From the NCBI GenBank assembly GCA_047017005.1, contig JBKXSZ010000004.1:8454-72453 (forward strand): a stretch of 64,000 nt of DNA, in the 5' to 3' direction. The notes beneath the pieces were generated by a model. The model searched no databases. It was not told the origin of the DNA and saw nothing but the letters and a program-made list of their open reading frames with translations. Each line of letters opens with the position of its first letter. Within the stretch, counting starts at the first letter, position 1. Below are positions 1 to 8,890 of this stretch, in pieces. Origin of the DNA: Clostridia bacterium (GTDB taxonomy: Bacteria; Bacillota; Clostridia; TANB77; CAG-508). The translations under genes were made by a program, and so were the position numbers.

Positions 1-91
1 AATATCCTGAATACGTATATGGAATAAGAGGAGCATTCATTCCCGCAATAGCACCAATAATGCAACCTATTAACATTACAATAAATATCAT
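1..91 (-). CDS. sbp: small basic protein Sbp (DUF1290-like), N-terminal part; ORF runs off the window
   Basis: Partial, so not in the ORF track. On the reverse strand a GGAGG lies about 7 nt before the ATG at 91, followed by MIFIVMLIGCIIGAIAGMNAPLIPYTYSGY. It sits where sbp follows the two DUF881 genes in Firmicute dcw clusters. Confidence 0.55.
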   Translation of the reverse strand, partial: MIFIVMLIGCIIGAIAGMNAPLIPYTYSGY

Positions 92-107
92 CTTTTTTCC
101 TCCTTCT

Positions 108-815
108 TTATTTTAGTTCAATATATTTTAATTTAAATTCATCGTTATATTTTAATATCTTAACATTTTTTTGTTTTTCTACTTTTATCGTTTTTCCGTC
201 ATCTTCCATCGTATCTATATATCCACCTTTTGCAGCTAATCCACTTTCTAGATACTTTTGATTTCCGATTGCTTTTACAACATAAGGTCCTACTAATCTC
301 TGACCATTTATTTTGATAAATGTATTATTGATATCTACAATATCCGACATATTAATAATTCTTTCATCATTAATGCTAATTGCTTCTGCCCCTGCTATTT
401 TTAACTCATTTACTAATAGCAATAAATCATTTGCTTCAATATGTCTTTCATTGTTGTCTGATAAAGTAACAACTACGCCTTCTCCTTCTACATCTGTCTT
501 TCCTAAAATTGTATTTAGACCAGCTAATTCTTTGTCAATTAATTCTGATGTTTCTTGATTGCTATTAATCTTTTCTTTATATTCATTTTTATTTTGAATG
601 GTTTCTTGTAATTTCTTGTTGGTTTCTTCGTATTTTGTTTTCCAATTGGAAAGTTCTGCTCGTAATTCACTTTCTCGCATTGTTTCAATTGCTGTAATAT
701 CAGTTTGTTCTACTGTTTTAAATTGCATAAACATAACAAATAGTAGTACGAAGCAAACTAAGCCTAATGTGATAGTAATCGTGATTTTTCCTTTTTTCAT
801 TTTCTTTAAGTTCAT
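108..815 (-). CDS. DUF881 family division-cluster protein (YlxW/YlxX-like)
   Basis: 235 aa with an N-terminal TM segment, a coiled-coil and a C-terminal VVVTLSD...LLLLVNELKIAGAEAISINDERI motif typical of DUF881. GGAGGG RBS 9 nt upstream. Confidence 0.8.
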   Translation of the reverse strand: MNLKKMKKGKITITITLGLVCFVLLFVMFMQFKTVEQTDITAIETMRESELRAELSNWKTKYEETNKKLQETIQNKNEYKEKINSNQETSELIDKELAGLNTILGKTDVEGEGVVVTLSDNNERHIEANDLLLLVNELKIAGAEAISINDERIINMSDIVDINNTFIKINGQRLVGPYVVKAIGNQKYLESGLAAKGGYIDTMEDDGKTIKVEKQKNVKILKYNDEFKLKYIELK

Positions 816-829
816 TAATTGCTTCCCTC

Positions 830-1549
830 CTATTCTACAGTTTTGGCATATTCAAAATTAATAACACCATTGTATTTTGGTATCGTTACATTATTGGATT
901 TCTTTAAGTCTACATATACACCGGCTGGCTCTAGAGAATATTTGATATATCCCCCTGGTCTTAGTAAAGCTCCTGCTAAAGCTTCTGGGGAACCAATTGC
1001 TTTTATTTCAAATGGGGTTCCTACTTTTTCATTATTAATTCGAACTACATTTCCATCACAAGTAATAGCAGAGGTTGTTACGATTCTTTGGTCATTGATA
1101 CTAATTGCCTCTGCCCCTGCATTTTTTAGTTCATTTACAATTGCCATCAAATCTCCGTCATGAACTAAAAGGCTACTAACATCAATATTTTCTGTTGTCT
1201 GGGATTGACTATCTTTTAATGTGATAACAACACCTTTAGCAGTTACTTCTGTTAACCCTATCATGGTATTAGCAAGTTTGATATCTTCTTCTTTTTGAGT
1301 AGAAGAACTATCATTTTGTGTTGCTTTATTTCTTACTTCTTCTAATTCTTTTTCTTCTTTTCCAAGTTCCTTATAGGTGTTATCATATTTTTCTTTCATT
1401 TTTAGAACTTCATCTCGCAAGCTGTTTTCTTTAAAAGAAGTGTTTCCTGTAATGTTTGCATTTTTAATTGTTTTTACTTGTACGGCAATAGAAAATGTTA
1501 GTAATATGCAAACAATTCCTAATATAATTGCAATCTGTTTTTTGTTCAT
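830..1549 (-). CDS. DUF881 family protein, paralog of the downstream gene
   Basis: Same architecture and the same VVITLKD...IVNELKNAGAEAISINDQRI motif. The track ORF starts at TTG 1567, but ATG 1549 follows GGAGGAAAGGAAG and is preferred. Confidence 0.8.
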   Translation of the reverse strand: MNKKQIAIILGIVCILLTFSIAVQVKTIKNANITGNTSFKENSLRDEVLKMKEKYDNTYKELGKEEKELEEVRNKATQNDSSSTQKEEDIKLANTMIGLTEVTAKGVVITLKDSQSQTTENIDVSSLLVHDGDLMAIVNELKNAGAEAISINDQRIVTTSAITCDGNVVRINNEKVGTPFEIKAIGSPEALAGALLRPGGYIKYSLEPAGVYVDLKKSNNVTIPKYNGVINFEYAKTVE

Positions 1550-1593
1550 AATCTTCCTTTCCTCCAAATTCTCGGCTTTTATTTTGTGTTGCT

Positions 1594-2877
1594 TTATACT
1601 TGTTCTCGAAAAACTACTTTTTCTTTTAAATCTCCATTCAAGAATATAATTCCTGGTTTATCTTTTTCCTTTTCTAGTATCTTTTTTATCCATAACATTT
1701 TGGTACTTAATTGAGAGCTATCTCCTAATTCTACTGTCTTACTTTCAGATTCTAATACTAGCTTAAAATTTGTTTTATCTTGTATATTAATTTCCGTTAT
1801 TAATTCTTTTAAATCGTTATTTGTTGCCGCTTCCATAATCTTTAGAACAGTTCCTAATCTTTCTAAGTCATCATTATTTAATCTGTTACCTGGAACCAAA
1901 TCTGTTTCTGGTGTTGTATAACCTGTAATAATTGGTACTTCCTTTTTCTCTTCGGACACTTCTAGTAAATATCCTTGGTTATTTAAATATACATAGCTAT
2001 TTACATATGGTAGCATAAATGTTACTTTTCTTTCTTTTATTGTTATTTCCATTTTATTTGGTAGCTTCCTTTTTAATGTAACATTTTCTACATATGGATT
2101 TTGTTTAATATTCTCTTGTACTTTTTGTTTATTGATTCGATAGGTATTTTGTCCTATAGTAATACCGGATAGGCTAACAATTTCATCTTGTGTCAATTTT
2201 TCATTTCCCTGTACTTGTAATTGCGCAATGTCAAATAGTGGTGTCATTAAGAAAAATAGTATTGCCCCTATTAAACAGATAATTAAGAAAGTCCATTTTA
2301 TACAAAAGACAAGAATTCTATTTCTCCTTCTTCTTTTTTCTTGTTCTTTGCTTCTTCTAGAATTTGCTTGTCCTTTTTCATGTTTTTTTTTCGTTTGTTT
2401 ACTATTTGCTACCTTTTTTTCTTTTGTTTGTTGCTTTGCCTTTTGTTGTTTATTTCGTTCTTGCTGCTTTTGTTTTTTCTTGTTTATGGCTTGTTGTGTT
2501 TCTGGTTTTACTTCCTTTAGCCCAATTACAATCTCTTTATCAAAGTCAAATAGTTCTTCTTTTTCTTCTTGGGCAGGATTTTGTCCTGCCCCCCTTTTAT
2601 TTTTCGTTTGTTTTTTATCTTCTTTTGTCTTTTCTTTTCGTTTTGTCTTTCTTTTTGTTTTCTTAGTTTTTGGTGGTTCTGGCATTTTGGTAAGACCAAT
2701 TACAATCTCATTGTCTAAATTAATTGTTTCCTCTTCGTTTTTTTCTTTTCTGTTTTGTTTTTTCTTTTTCGGTTCTTTTACTGTTTTTTTCTTTTCCTTT
2801 TTCGGTCCTTTTGTTTCTTTTGTTTCTTTATTTAAGTAATATAAATTTAATGACTCACCACTTTTTTTCTTTGCCAT
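1594..2877 (-). CDS. divIB: cell division protein DivIB/FtsQ with a long Lys-rich N-terminal extension
   Basis: A single TM segment is followed by a POTRA/FtsQ-like region (LQVQGNEKLTQDEIVSLSGI...NPYVENVTLKRKLPNKMEITIKERK). ATG 2877 follows AGGTGAG. dcw-cluster context. Confidence 0.75.
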   Translation of the reverse strand: MAKKKSGESLNLYYLNKETKETKGPKKEKKKTVKEPKKKKQNRKEKNEEETINLDNEIVIGLTKMPEPPKTKKTKRKTKRKEKTKEDKKQTKNKRGAGQNPAQEEKEELFDFDKEIVIGLKEVKPETQQAINKKKQKQQERNKQQKAKQQTKEKKVANSKQTKKKHEKGQANSRRSKEQEKRRRRNRILVFCIKWTFLIICLIGAILFFLMTPLFDIAQLQVQGNEKLTQDEIVSLSGITIGQNTYRINKQKVQENIKQNPYVENVTLKRKLPNKMEITIKERKVTFMLPYVNSYVYLNNQGYLLEVSEEKKEVPIITGYTTPETDLVPGNRLNNDDLERLGTVLKIMEAATNNDLKELITEINIQDKTNFKLVLESESKTVELGDSSQLSTKMLWIKKILEKEKDKPGIIFLNGDLKEKVVFREQV

Positions 2878-2878
2878 T

Positions 2879-4136
2879 TTACTCACCTTCTTCTATGGTA
2901 ATTTTTGCTCCTAATTTTCTTAACTTTTTATCTAAATTTTCATATCCTCGTAATATATATTCAATATGGTTTACTGTTGTTTTTCCTTTTGCACAAAGAC
3001 CCGCTATTACTAAAGCTGCTCCTCCTCTTAAGTCCGTTGCATCGACACTTGCTCCCGATAGTTTTCGAACGCCTCGAATTACTAATGTTTTTCCTTCTTT
3101 AGTTACTTTCGCTCCCATTCTTTTTAGTTCATCTGCATATTTAAAACGATTTTCAAATATATTTTCAATAAGAATAGAAGTTCCTTTCGCTCCTGCTAGC
3201 ATTGCTCCAAATACGGATTGCATATCGGTTGGGAATCCGTGGATATGGCATTGTTTTAATATCGGTTGCTTTTAATTTTTTAGGAGCTTCTATTGCAATA
3301 GTATTTTTCTCCACTTGCATCTGACAACCGCAATTTTCTAACTGATGTAAAATAGGTGTTAAATGCTCTGGAACTATATTCTTTACTAAAGCTTTTCCTC
3401 CTGTGGCAGCCACCATACATAGAAAAGTTCCTGCTTCTATTCGGTCTGGCATAATGTTATAGCTAACTGGTTTTAGATTTTTCACACCTTGAATCGTAAT
3501 CTTATCTGTTCCAGCCCCTTCTATTTTAGCACCCATTCGATTTAGCATCTTTGCTAAATCTACAATTTCCGGCTCCTTTGCGCTATTGGTAATGCAAGTT
3601 GTTCCCTCTGCTAGAACAGAAGCCAACATGATATTTTCAGTCGCTCCTACGCTCGGAAAATCCAAGTGTATATTTGCGCCTTTTATTGTATCACAACTAC
3701 ACTTAATATATCCAGACTCCTCCTGTATTTTTGCTCCTAATTTTTCAAATCCTTTTAAATGTAAATCAATTGGCCTAGAACCAATATCACATCCTCCTGG
3801 ATAGGAAAATGTTGCAGTCCTAAATCTTCCTAGCATTGCTCCTGCAATGATGACAGAAGAACGCATTTCTCGCATTAAGTTTTCTGGTATTTCATATGTA
3901 TTCATCCTTTTAGAATCAATTACTATTTTAGCACTATTTCTCTTAACTTGGCAACCTAAAGTTTTCAAAGTTTCTATCATTACTTTTGTATCATGAATAT
4001 CAGGAACTTGATATAGCTTGGTAATATTTCCATTTAAGATACTTGCTGCAATGATAGGAAGAGAAGCATTCTTAGAACCAGAGATAGTTACCTCTCCTTC
4101 TAGTTTTCTACCTCCTTCGATAGCATAACTTGGCAT
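2879..4136 (-). pseudogene. murA: UDP-N-acetylglucosamine 1-carboxyvinyltransferase MurA, interrupted by a 1-nt insertion at about 3239
   Basis: Track ORFs 3165..4145 (N-terminal 300 aa of MurA, then out-of-frame junk) and 2879..3223 (C-terminal 114 aa). Removing the coding-strand C in CCA-C-GGATTC restores ...KTMPYPGFPTDMQSVFGAMLAGAKG. ATG 4136 follows AGAGGGTG. Confidence 0.85.
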
Positions 4137-4414
4137 GATTTTCACCCTCTTTTCTTTTTTATTTCTGCTATATATTATGTTTGCTTGACAGAATAAGTGA
4201 ATATTTGCAAGTTATGTTAATTTGTTGTGTACTTATACTAGTATTTTGCTATATTGCAACAAGTGAAAATATATTTGCTTTCCTCCATCTATGTTTTTGA
4301 TAAGCAAGGAAAAGCTTTCTTTTTATAAACAACAATGATACCTCTCTGTTTCTGTGCCAGCATTCGGGTTATCTAGTCCCTATGCTTGAAAAAGGAAATG
4401 CAATATTTTGTATG

Positions 4415-4447
4415 AAAAAAGAAGGACTACCTTTTAGTCCTTTTTCT
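4415..4447 (-). terminator. bidirectional rho-independent terminator downstream of yhhQ
   Basis: Stem AAGGACTA (4422-4429) pairs with TAGTCCTT (4435-4442) around a 5-nt loop. An A-run lies on one side and a T-run on the other. Confidence 0.6.
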
Positions 4448-4482
4448 TTCTTCTTCCTCTTTTTATGCTTTTTTGTTTTTTA

Positions 4483-5190
4483 TTAATTTTCCTTTTTTAA
4501 AGATTGAATTGCTTCTTCATCTTTTTTGCTAATTTTCTTTGCAATGTATAGAAATGGAGTATCTAATATTGCTACTATAAATTTCATAACAAATGTAGTT
4601 AAGCTTAACTCAACCATAAATCCAAAAGAATAAATTCCAGTAAATGCAAGAATTGTAAATAGAAAACTATCTACTAGCTGACTAATTAATGTTGCTGCAT
4701 TGTTTCTTACCCACAAAAACTTATCAGCTGGTAATAATTTTCGTATCCAATCGTAAAGATATGTATCTAGTGTATTAGTAATTGCATAGGTTACCATGCT
4801 TGCTATGCAAAATCTTGGCATGAAAGAAAAGATTGTTTTCATAGACTCGCTTACTAAGTCTTGTGAGTTTGGAACAAATAGGATATCTACTTGTGTAACT
4901 AAAGTAAATACCAGCATGGCTAAAAATCCAATTCCCACACCTTTTCTAGCTTCTTTTCCTCCATACATTTCACTTAAAATATCAGTTGCTAAAAATACAG
5001 TACTATATACCACATTTCCTAATGTCAAAGATAGCCCAAACATATCTACACATTTAGTGGCTTCTATATTTGCTACAATTGTCGCAATTCCTATCCATGT
5101 GTAAACTCCTGCTTTTTTAAAAAGCTTATAAAATAAAGTTACCCCTATAAAATTAATAAAAATCGTAATAAAAAATAGTAATTCGTTCAT
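4483..5190 (-). CDS. yhhQ: queuosine-precursor transporter, YhhQ/VUT (DUF165) family
   Basis: 235-aa polytopic membrane protein with the YhhQ-type LATDILSEMYGGKEARKGV motif. GGAG RBS. Confidence 0.8.
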   Translation of the reverse strand: MNELLFFITIFINFIGVTLFYKLFKKAGVYTWIGIATIVANIEATKCVDMFGLSLTLGNVVYSTVFLATDILSEMYGGKEARKGVGIGFLAMLVFTLVTQVDILFVPNSQDLVSESMKTIFSFMPRFCIASMVTYAITNTLDTYLYDWIRKLLPADKFLWVRNNAATLISQLVDSFLFTILAFTGIYSFGFMVELSLTTFVMKFIVAILDTPFLYIAKKISKKDEEAIQSLKKEN

Positions 5191-5192
5191 GT

Positions 5193-5894
5193 TTAATCTC
5201 CTACTCCAAAATCTGTATTTTGTAATAATATATCAACCCTATCATTATCTTTGTATTGTGGATATATTATTTCTTTAAATTTCTCTATTAACTTTTTATC
5301 TGCCTTCATTAATTCCGGCATTTCTTTATACACATTGATACAAATTCTTTCAAAATATTCTAATCCTATTTCAATATCTTTTTTCACCTGTTCTAGCGTT
5401 TGTCCTTCTACTCCAACCAATAAATTGACTTGTTCAAACATGCCAGCAAGTTGCTCTGGAGAATATCTTCCAAACCCTTTGTTCATCTTCTCTTCTCGAA
5501 AATCTACATCAAAGGTTTCTACTCCACCTTTTACTTTTAATGTAATTCCTAAGTCTTTACACTGTTTTCGAAATGCCGGTAAACGCTTTTCATATATACT
5601 GTGGCATTCCATAATCAAGGTTTTTATCTTCTTTTTTACACAGGTATTTAGTAAATAGTCTATGGTATAAGCGCTTAATTCAAAAATACTACCAGATTCA
5701 TTCGCCTCTAATGTTCCAAATTCACCGGTTATTTTATCTAGCACTTCTTTATTAATTCTGTTTTGTTCTGCTTCATCTTTCTCTCTATCCTCATGGTAAT
5801 TACAAAATTTACATTTTGACCATTTGCAACCAGAACCAATTAAGAGAACAAACTCTCTTTTATCTTTTTCTAAGATTTTACTGTATCTCTCCAT
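5193..5894 (-). CDS. small radical-SAM-like Fe-S protein with a CX4CX2C cluster motif, translationally coupled to yhhQ
   Basis: 233 aa with N-terminal LLIGSGCKWSKCKFCNY. The stop codon lies 2 nt before the yhhQ start. Confidence 0.55.
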   Translation of the reverse strand: MERYSKILEKDKREFVLLIGSGCKWSKCKFCNYHEDREKDEAEQNRINKEVLDKITGEFGTLEANESGSIFELSAYTIDYLLNTCVKKKIKTLIMECHSIYEKRLPAFRKQCKDLGITLKVKGGVETFDVDFREEKMNKGFGRYSPEQLAGMFEQVNLLVGVEGQTLEQVKKDIEIGLEYFERICINVYKEMPELMKADKKLIEKFKEIIYPQYKDNDRVDILLQNTDFGVGD

Positions 5895-5947
5895 TTTTCT
5901 TTCCTCTTTTCAAATTTTTTTATTTTCCCTTATATTCATAATTTTGT

Positions 5948-5977
5948 ATTGTACCACATTTTTTCTTTATTTAGCAA
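5948..5977 (-). promoter_or_regulatory. candidate sigma-A promoter for the radical-SAM/yhhQ pair
   Basis: Reverse strand reads TTGCTA, an 18-nt spacer, then TGgTACAAT (extended -10). It lies about 55 nt upstream of ATG 5894. Confidence 0.45.
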
Positions 5978-6145
5978 GTCCTAATGCCTTCTATATATTT
6001 CCTTTCCTGTGGTTTATTCGTATTAAATTAGGAATGAATCGACTAAATAAAACTTATTAATTGAAAATTTAAATATCAAAAAAAGCCCTGATATAGAGCT
6101 TTTTTGCATTTCTTTGTATCTTCTTTTTATTCTTATGCATCTTTG

Positions 6146-7327
6146 CTATTTTCCAATTTCTTCACCAAATGCAATACATTCTTGTTTTTTTTCTTCATCT
6201 GGAGTCCACATTACTCTTAATCCCTCATTTAAAATTTCAAATCCTGCACTTTTTAATTCTTCTGTTATTAGTTTAACTGCTTCTCCACTCCATCCATAAC
6301 TTCCAAAGGCAACTGCTTTTTTCTTTTTTAGTTTCATTCCTTTTATCATTTCTAAAATACCTGCAATGGAGTATAAATAGCCATTATTTACAGTAGGAGA
6401 ACCTACTACGATCATCTTCGATTTAAACACTTCTGTTAATACTTCTGTCTTATCTTCTTTTGCTGTGTTCATTAACTTAATTGTTACTTTCTCATCTACA
6501 TTTTGAATACCTAGTGCAATTGCTTCTGCCATTTTCTTTGTATCATTCCACATGGTATCATATACGATAGTGATTTGATCTTCTTGATAATTGTCCGACC
6601 ATTCTAAATATTTTTCTACTATTTGTCTTGGATTTTCTTTCCATATTAAACCATGACTTGGACAAATCATAGAAATTGGTAAATTCATTGCCAAAATATC
6701 TTTTATTTTTTTATTTGCAATCATACTAAAAGGAGATAAAATATTCGCATAATATTTTATTGCTTCTTCATAGAGTACAGCTTGGTCTACTTCATGGGCA
6801 TAAAGGAATTCCGATGCTAGATGTTGTCCAAATCCATCACTACTAAATAGAATTTGCTCTGTATCCAAATAGGCAAACATAGTATCTGGCCAATGTAGCA
6901 TTGGTGCTTCTATAAAGGTAAAAGTACCTTTTCCTATAGGAAGTGTATCTCCTGTTTTTACCACATGAAAATTCCAATCTTGATGATATTGTCCTTTAAT
7001 AGACTTTACACCATTTGCTGTACAATAAATTGGTACTTCTGGAATCTCTCGCATTAACTCTACCAATGCACCGCTATGGTCTACTTCTCCATGTAAAGCA
7101 ATAATGTAGTCTATTTTTGAAAGGTCTATTGTTTTCTTTAAATTTCCTACAAATTCCTTATCATAAGGAAGCCATGCAGTATCGATTAAAATGGTTTTCT
7201 CATCTTGTACTAAATAGCTATTATAGGAAGAACCTTTATTAGTTGTATATTCGTCTCCATGAAACTTTTTTAATTCCCAATCGGTTTTTCCAACCCAAGT
7301 AACGTTATCTGTTATTCTCTTTGCCAT
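6146..7327 (-). CDS. fprA: flavodiiron protein (FprA-type A flavoprotein; metallo-beta-lactamase plus flavodoxin domains)
   Basis: 393 aa with the di-iron ligand motif LHGEVDHSGA and a C-terminal flavodoxin-like KMIVVGSPTVNNG. Confidence 0.85.
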   Translation of the reverse strand: MAKRITDNVTWVGKTDWELKKFHGDEYTTNKGSSYNSYLVQDEKTILIDTAWLPYDKEFVGNLKKTIDLSKIDYIIALHGEVDHSGALVELMREIPEVPIYCTANGVKSIKGQYHQDWNFHVVKTGDTLPIGKGTFTFIEAPMLHWPDTMFAYLDTEQILFSSDGFGQHLASEFLYAHEVDQAVLYEEAIKYYANILSPFSMIANKKIKDILAMNLPISMICPSHGLIWKENPRQIVEKYLEWSDNYQEDQITIVYDTMWNDTKKMAEAIALGIQNVDEKVTIKLMNTAKEDKTEVLTEVFKSKMIVVGSPTVNNGYLYSIAGILEMIKGMKLKKKKAVAFGSYGWSGEAVKLITEELKSAGFEILNEGLRVMWTPDEEKKQECIAFGEEIGK

Positions 7328-7401
7328 TTTCTCTCTCCTTCTTTCTTCTTTTCTATTTTTATTCTGCTTGTATTTTACTATTTTATTCCTTTTTTTACAA
7401 G

Positions 7402-7425
7402 AAAAAAGTGATAGAAATCTATCAC
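7402..7425 (-). terminator. rho-independent terminator after ORF 7468..7836
   Basis: Stem GTGATAG (7408-7414) pairs with CTATCAC (7419-7425). The A6 run at 7402-7407 gives the U-tract on the minus strand. Confidence 0.55.
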
Positions 7426-7467
7426 TTTGTGATGTCCCTTTATTTCGAAGGACATTTGAATTCGAAA

Positions 7468-7836
7468 TTACAATCGGTGTGTAATGGAGTCTATTACTCC
7501 ACTGAATTTCCGGTATATCTTTTCAGAGATAACCAAAGTAACTTCACTTCCTTTATGAAAGTAGCATCCCTTATTCACATAGGCTGGCTGCGTCTTTCTT
7601 GTAAAGAAACGAATTTTGTAGGTTATTTTACTTCCTGTCTTCTCCATTTCCTCGCAGGCTTTCTTGAAAGCAATGATAATGTTCCCATCATCTCGCGTTG
7701 CGATCTCGTACTCTTCTGGTGTTAAATCTTTCTTTGAATACGTCTCCTGACATAGCATAACTGGCTTTGACCTATTTTTTAATTCTGCAAATTCACCTGG
7801 TCTAAGCTCTCTTTCCGGTTCTTTCTTTTTCCGCAT
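7468..7836 (-). CDS. hypothetical protein (122 aa)
   Basis: ORF with GGAGG 7 nt upstream. No recognisable motif. The second codon is CGG. Confidence 0.5.
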   Translation of the reverse strand: MRKKKEPERELRPGEFAELKNRSKPVMLCQETYSKKDLTPEEYEIATRDDGNIIIAFKKACEEMEKTGSKITYKIRFFTRKTQPAYVNKGCYFHKGSEVTLVISEKIYRKFSGVIDSITHRL

Positions 7837-7929
7837 TGTTTTTCCTCCTTCTGCCTTTACTTAGGACTATTTGTATTTTACTATATCAATTTTGTTATGT
7901 CAACTGCTTAATCTTTCATTTTGGATGCT

Positions 7930-8766
7930 TTACTTTTTTAAACTCTCTTTTATTTTCTCTATTTGTTCCATCGTTTGCTTATACCCCGCTTCATAACATT
8001 GTTGTATTTTCTTTATATTAAATACCATAACATCTCCCACATCAATATTTAAGATATAGTCGCTATTTTCCACTTCTTTTGTAGCACGATTGTCAAAAAT
8101 CATATCAATTGATTTCATGGCTACTCCATAAACACCTCTAGGTTTACTTTCTTTGTTAAATGCAAATTTAACAGAAATTACTTTATCTGCCCCTGCTAGC
8201 CTTACTTCATCTGTTGGTATGTTGTCTGCTACTCCTCCATCCACAAACTTTTTATCTTGATACGGACAAGGTGCAAATACTCCCGGATAAGAACAACTTG
8301 CTCTTACCGCAGTCTCAATATTAGCTGATTTGATATATTGGGCATCCTCTTTGTCTATATTCGTAAAAACATATTTCTCTCCTTTTAAAATATCAACAGA
8401 AGGTATAACAATCGTTAGAAGCATATCTTTCATATTTCTTCTTTGTTTAAAGTTACCAGCCTCTTTTAACGCAGATTCAATATTTTCTCCAGAAAAAAAT
8501 CCCCCCACTTGCAAGCTTAATTTTCTTTTTCCATTCGGTTCTAAATAGCTTGGACTATTACGAAGAATCATCTTCGAGAAATACTGAAATAGTTTTAACA
8601 TTTGATCTGGTGAATATCCCATTGCGTAAAGAGCTGTTACAATACTTCCAGAACTTGTTCCTCCTAGAATATCTATTTTAATATTGTTTTCTTCTAATGC
8701 TTGAATTACTCCGATATGAGCAGCACCCTTTACTCCTCCTCCAGATAACGCAATACCTAATTTCAT
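7930..8766 (-). CDS. patatin-like phospholipase
   Basis: GGGVKGAAHIG oxyanion motif, GTSSGS nucleophile motif and a downstream DGG. Confidence 0.85.
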   Translation of the reverse strand: MKLGIALSGGGVKGAAHIGVIQALEENNIKIDILGGTSSGSIVTALYAMGYSPDQMLKLFQYFSKMILRNSPSYLEPNGKRKLSLQVGGFFSGENIESALKEAGNFKQRRNMKDMLLTIVIPSVDILKGEKYVFTNIDKEDAQYIKSANIETAVRASCSYPGVFAPCPYQDKKFVDGGVADNIPTDEVRLAGADKVISVKFAFNKESKPRGVYGVAMKSIDMIFDNRATKEVENSDYILNIDVGDVMVFNIKKIQQCYEAGYKQTMEQIEKIKESLKK

Positions 8767-8890
8767 TTTTCTCTCCTCCTGCCTTTTTTCTTATTATATC
8801 CTTTTTCTTATTTTTCGGAAATACTTTGTATAATTTTTTTCTCTTTTTATATACTAAATAGCATAGAAATAAAAAAATGGAGTTGATGAT

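Noticed and set aside
2228-3275. Long plus-strand ORFs (2228..2839, 2364..2666, 2724..3275) rich in F/L/S/C
   Set aside because: They are antisense shadows of the Lys-rich (AAA/AAG) region of divIB and of murA. They have no RBS and a low-complexity composition. The same applies to 46676..47191, 58847..59368, 59781..60188 and most other short plus-strand ORFs that overlap minus-strand genes.
4330-4400. Relatively GC-rich patch upstream of murA containing CAGAGAGG (PyrR-site-like, minus strand; plus-strand CCTCTCTG at 4341-4348) and CTGGCAC (sigma-54-like)
   Set aside because: Only the 8-mer core matches the PyrR site, with no flanking hairpin and no pyr genes nearby. The GGCAC is not followed by TTGC at the correct spacing. 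No tRNA-like or known riboswitch architecture could be drawn.
5895-5947. Possible preQ1 riboswitch in the 5' UTR of the radical-SAM/yhhQ pair
   Set aside because: The UTR (…AUAUAAGGGAAAAUAAAAAAAUUUGAAAAGAGG…) is A-rich. It lacks the P1 stem and the CCC/ACUA elements of preQ1-I, so I cannot support the call without a covariance model.
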